A DNA stretch of 64,000 bases from Malacoraja senta (lineage: Eukaryota): contig CM075990.1 of the NCBI GenBank assembly GCA_038087875.1, positions 5,520,001-5,584,000 of the forward strand, written 5' to 3'. Shown piece by piece: positions 61,094 through 64,000 of the stretch. A program made the translations under genes and the position numbers. Position 1 is the stretch's first letter. Every line of letters starts with the position of its first letter. Under the pieces are notes generated by a model. That model ran no database searches. It was not told the origin of the DNA and saw nothing but the letters and a program-made list of their open reading frames with translations.

Positions 61094-64000
61094 ATCAGTT
61101 TAAAATTGTTCCTTAAAGACCACCCAGTCACTGTGCACCACTTCCTCAGTGCTGTATTGCATTTGACCCACTGCAGTTGGGTGAGATTTGATTTGAAGTG
61201 AGTTCCATAGCTGATATCGATGTCTGAAAATTGTGCCACTGTACAGTGTTAAAAGGTGAGCAAAATTCCAAACGGAGGGAGGACTAAACAGGAAAAGTAC
61301 TTTTTTTTTTTAGCATCAATTATTGGTCTTTGATCCCTTTTATAGCGGAGGTGATCCTAGCCATTACTAAAGGGGGCTAGATTTATCCCCAAAAAAGACA
61401 CATCTAGTGTAATTCATCGGGTCGGGCAGCATCCCTGGAGAACATGTGATAAATATGGGTTGACGTTTTGGATTAGTTACCTGTTTCCGCATAAATAGTG
61501 TTGCAATGTTTTGAACGGATCACTAATGATGATTGAGATGGGTGGTGACAGAATTGGGCAAGAATGGTGCCAGTGTGAATTAGCAAGGGGACTTAACACG
61601 ATTTGTTGGAATTATGGGTGAAGAATTCTTATCGAAGGAAAGTTTGCAGATTTTTTGTCTGGAGGATGAGTACTTATTCTGGTGACGTTTTAACACTGTT
61701 AGCAACAGACAATTCTGTGGCATGTAGATTCCCTTGGTTTTAGCCAAAGATGATAAAATTCTCAAAGTTTCTGCCCCAATCTTTTAGAGAACATGAGTAT
61801 GTGGAGGGAAGGTATATTTGGGAGTTGGGAACGGCCATTGTATTGAATGGAAAGGTAGGCTCCTAATACTACTTACAATATTCATTCTATTTCTCCTGTT
61901 CTTACTTGCCCAGAGATAGGCAGAGTTTATGTAAATTGAAAGTATGCTGACATAATTATTAATGAAACATAATTGCTTCGTTTCTTAAGATATAAAGATG
62001 ATGGCCAGAAACAAAATTAAAGTGATGCATGGTCTAAACAATATGTGGATTTGCTTTGTTTCTTTAGATAATAATCGGCCTGCTGTATATTTCCAAATTC
62101 AAATATCTTGAAATATCTGGTTAGATGTTTGTTTTTGGTGATGGACCATCCATGCTTTGTGTTTACATGAGTTGTTAAGGCCCGTGGAGCTGAAGGACAG
62201 TATGTACTGCAGACAAATTGACATTTACAAGATTTGATATTAATAGATTTTTCTAGCATGAAAAGGGATTAAGGGACACAGACAGACCTAATGGATACAT
62301 ATCATAAATAAATGGTGAAACAGGCCCACTGTGACCACTCCGTGTGACATTTGTGCTTCAATTAAAAATTAAAAAAATAAGTAGATCAATAAAATACCCT
62401 ATTGGATGCCTATAATTTTATTTGGACTGAAAACTAAAATAATTACACAACACAATCTTTTGATTGGAAATGTATTGTGCAAGCATAGGCAACAAGAGCT
62501 GACTTGTTTCTAGTCAGTTGTGCAAGCCTTAACTAATCAATGATGTACCATTTGAGATGGCCCATACAAAACTCCTAAAAGCGATTCAAGGAAATGCTTC
62601 TTCCCTGCTGTTATCATACTTTTGAATGGGTGGGCATTTGCTAAGGGTGTACTTCTGATCTTCCAATGTACCTTGCTACAGCCCTTGTACAGTTTTGTTA
62701 TCTACACTTTCACTGCAGCTGTAACACTATGTTCTGCACCCTGTTTACTTTCTCTTTTTGCGTCATCTGTTGGTTCTTGGGTATGGTTTGATTGTATTTG
62801 TGTATGGAATGACTAGATAGCATGCAAAACAAAGTTTTACATTGTAATTTTGTACACATGACAATTATAAACCATAAATCAAACACCGTTTCCCAATTAC
62901 AGAATTAAAGTAAACCTAGTGATTTTTTTTCCCTTTCCTGGTAATGACCTAAATTGTCCTTTGCAATGATAATGGCAATGAGCAACACATCTCAATTTAA
63001 TTTGCAGTTTTACTTCCAAGAAAAATTTAAGTGCTCTGGTAGATGTGTTGAGAAGGAAATCCAACAGTCTTTAAATTCCACCATATTGTCGCTTCAAGCA
63101 AACAAAATCTCAGAGCAATCTTTCAAGAGGGCGAGAGAAAAGACTACAGAGATAGAAGCCCGAATGTTCCCATCTAACCGCCATAGAGAAGGTTTTCAAA
63201 CTTATCACACCTTCTGTAACATCACTTTTGATAAAGTGGGTGACTTTGTAGTTATATAAGGATAGAGGGTTGTTTTAAGGCTGCTGTTAAAGTCATACTG
63301 CACAGAAACAGGCCCTTCTGTCCAACTTGCCCATGCTAAACAAGATGCCCCATCTACACTAGTCCCACCAGCGTTTGGCCCATATCCCTCTAAACCTTTC
63401 CTATCCATGCAGTGCTTGTTATCCTTTACATTGTGGGCAAAGGCAAAGAGATCAATACTTTGATTGTGTGTGATGGATGAGAGATGAGCCCGCTCCTTTC
63501 TGGAATTGCATCTCTGATGAGAGCCGCTGTTTGGGTAGTTTGGCTTTTATCCCCAGTAACACTTTAGCCTGTTCCCATACTTCCCTTTGAAGAAGCCGGA
63601 TCTAATTTTAAGTGAACTCAAACCTGGGTCTCCCAGTTAACTATTGGGCTGGTATATTACAAATTGTAAAAATTCTTCTAAGTCTGTGGGAAAGACTTAT
63701 GATTCTGACAGGCCCAAATCCTGTCCTAAGCTTGACTGGATGTGGAAAGAGATGGGTGTTATCTTCAACTAATCTGATTCTAGCTGGTTCCATTCTCGCC
63801 CATCTGATCACCTGAATGTTCAATAGTCAAGTCCTACTCTGCCAAAGAACTGTTTGTTTTAAAACTGATTGGAGTTTAAACTCACAGCTACCTTCTTTGT
63901 GTATTGGTATCTGCAAACAAAATAAGTTTATTCTCAACATATGTGGCACAGGGTATATGTAATCTAAAGATAATCTCAATCTTGTGGTTAAAATTCAGCT

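Overview
This is repeat-rich eukaryotic genomic DNA. Its repeat families (HE1/V-SINE-like SINEs, CR1/HER1-like LINE tails, abundant Penelope-like elements) point to a cartilaginous fish, probably a skate or ray (inference). Two host genes are arranged head-to-head. (1) A minus-strand gene, assembled by hand from 10 phase-compatible GT-AG exons (42166 to 11279). It encodes at least 433 aa with four tandem EF-hand-pair units and resembles CFAP115/EFCAB6-type ciliary proteins; its 3' end is unresolved. (2) The first coding exon of a 4E-BP gene (most like EIF4EBP2) on the plus strand at 58445-58577; intron 1 runs past the window end. The rest is nested mobile DNA: CR1, Rex1, RTE and Tx1 LINE fragments, V-SINEs, seven PIF/Harbinger-like TIR elements, a Tc1/mariner MITE, a hAT transposase fossil, a probable solo LTR and a tRNA-Cys pseudogene. 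The Penelope-like elements carry minimal hammerhead-ribozyme cores in their terminal repeats. Exon and TIR/TSD coordinates were counted by hand; boundaries of decayed repeats are approximate. No database searches were possible, so family names come from recalled motifs.
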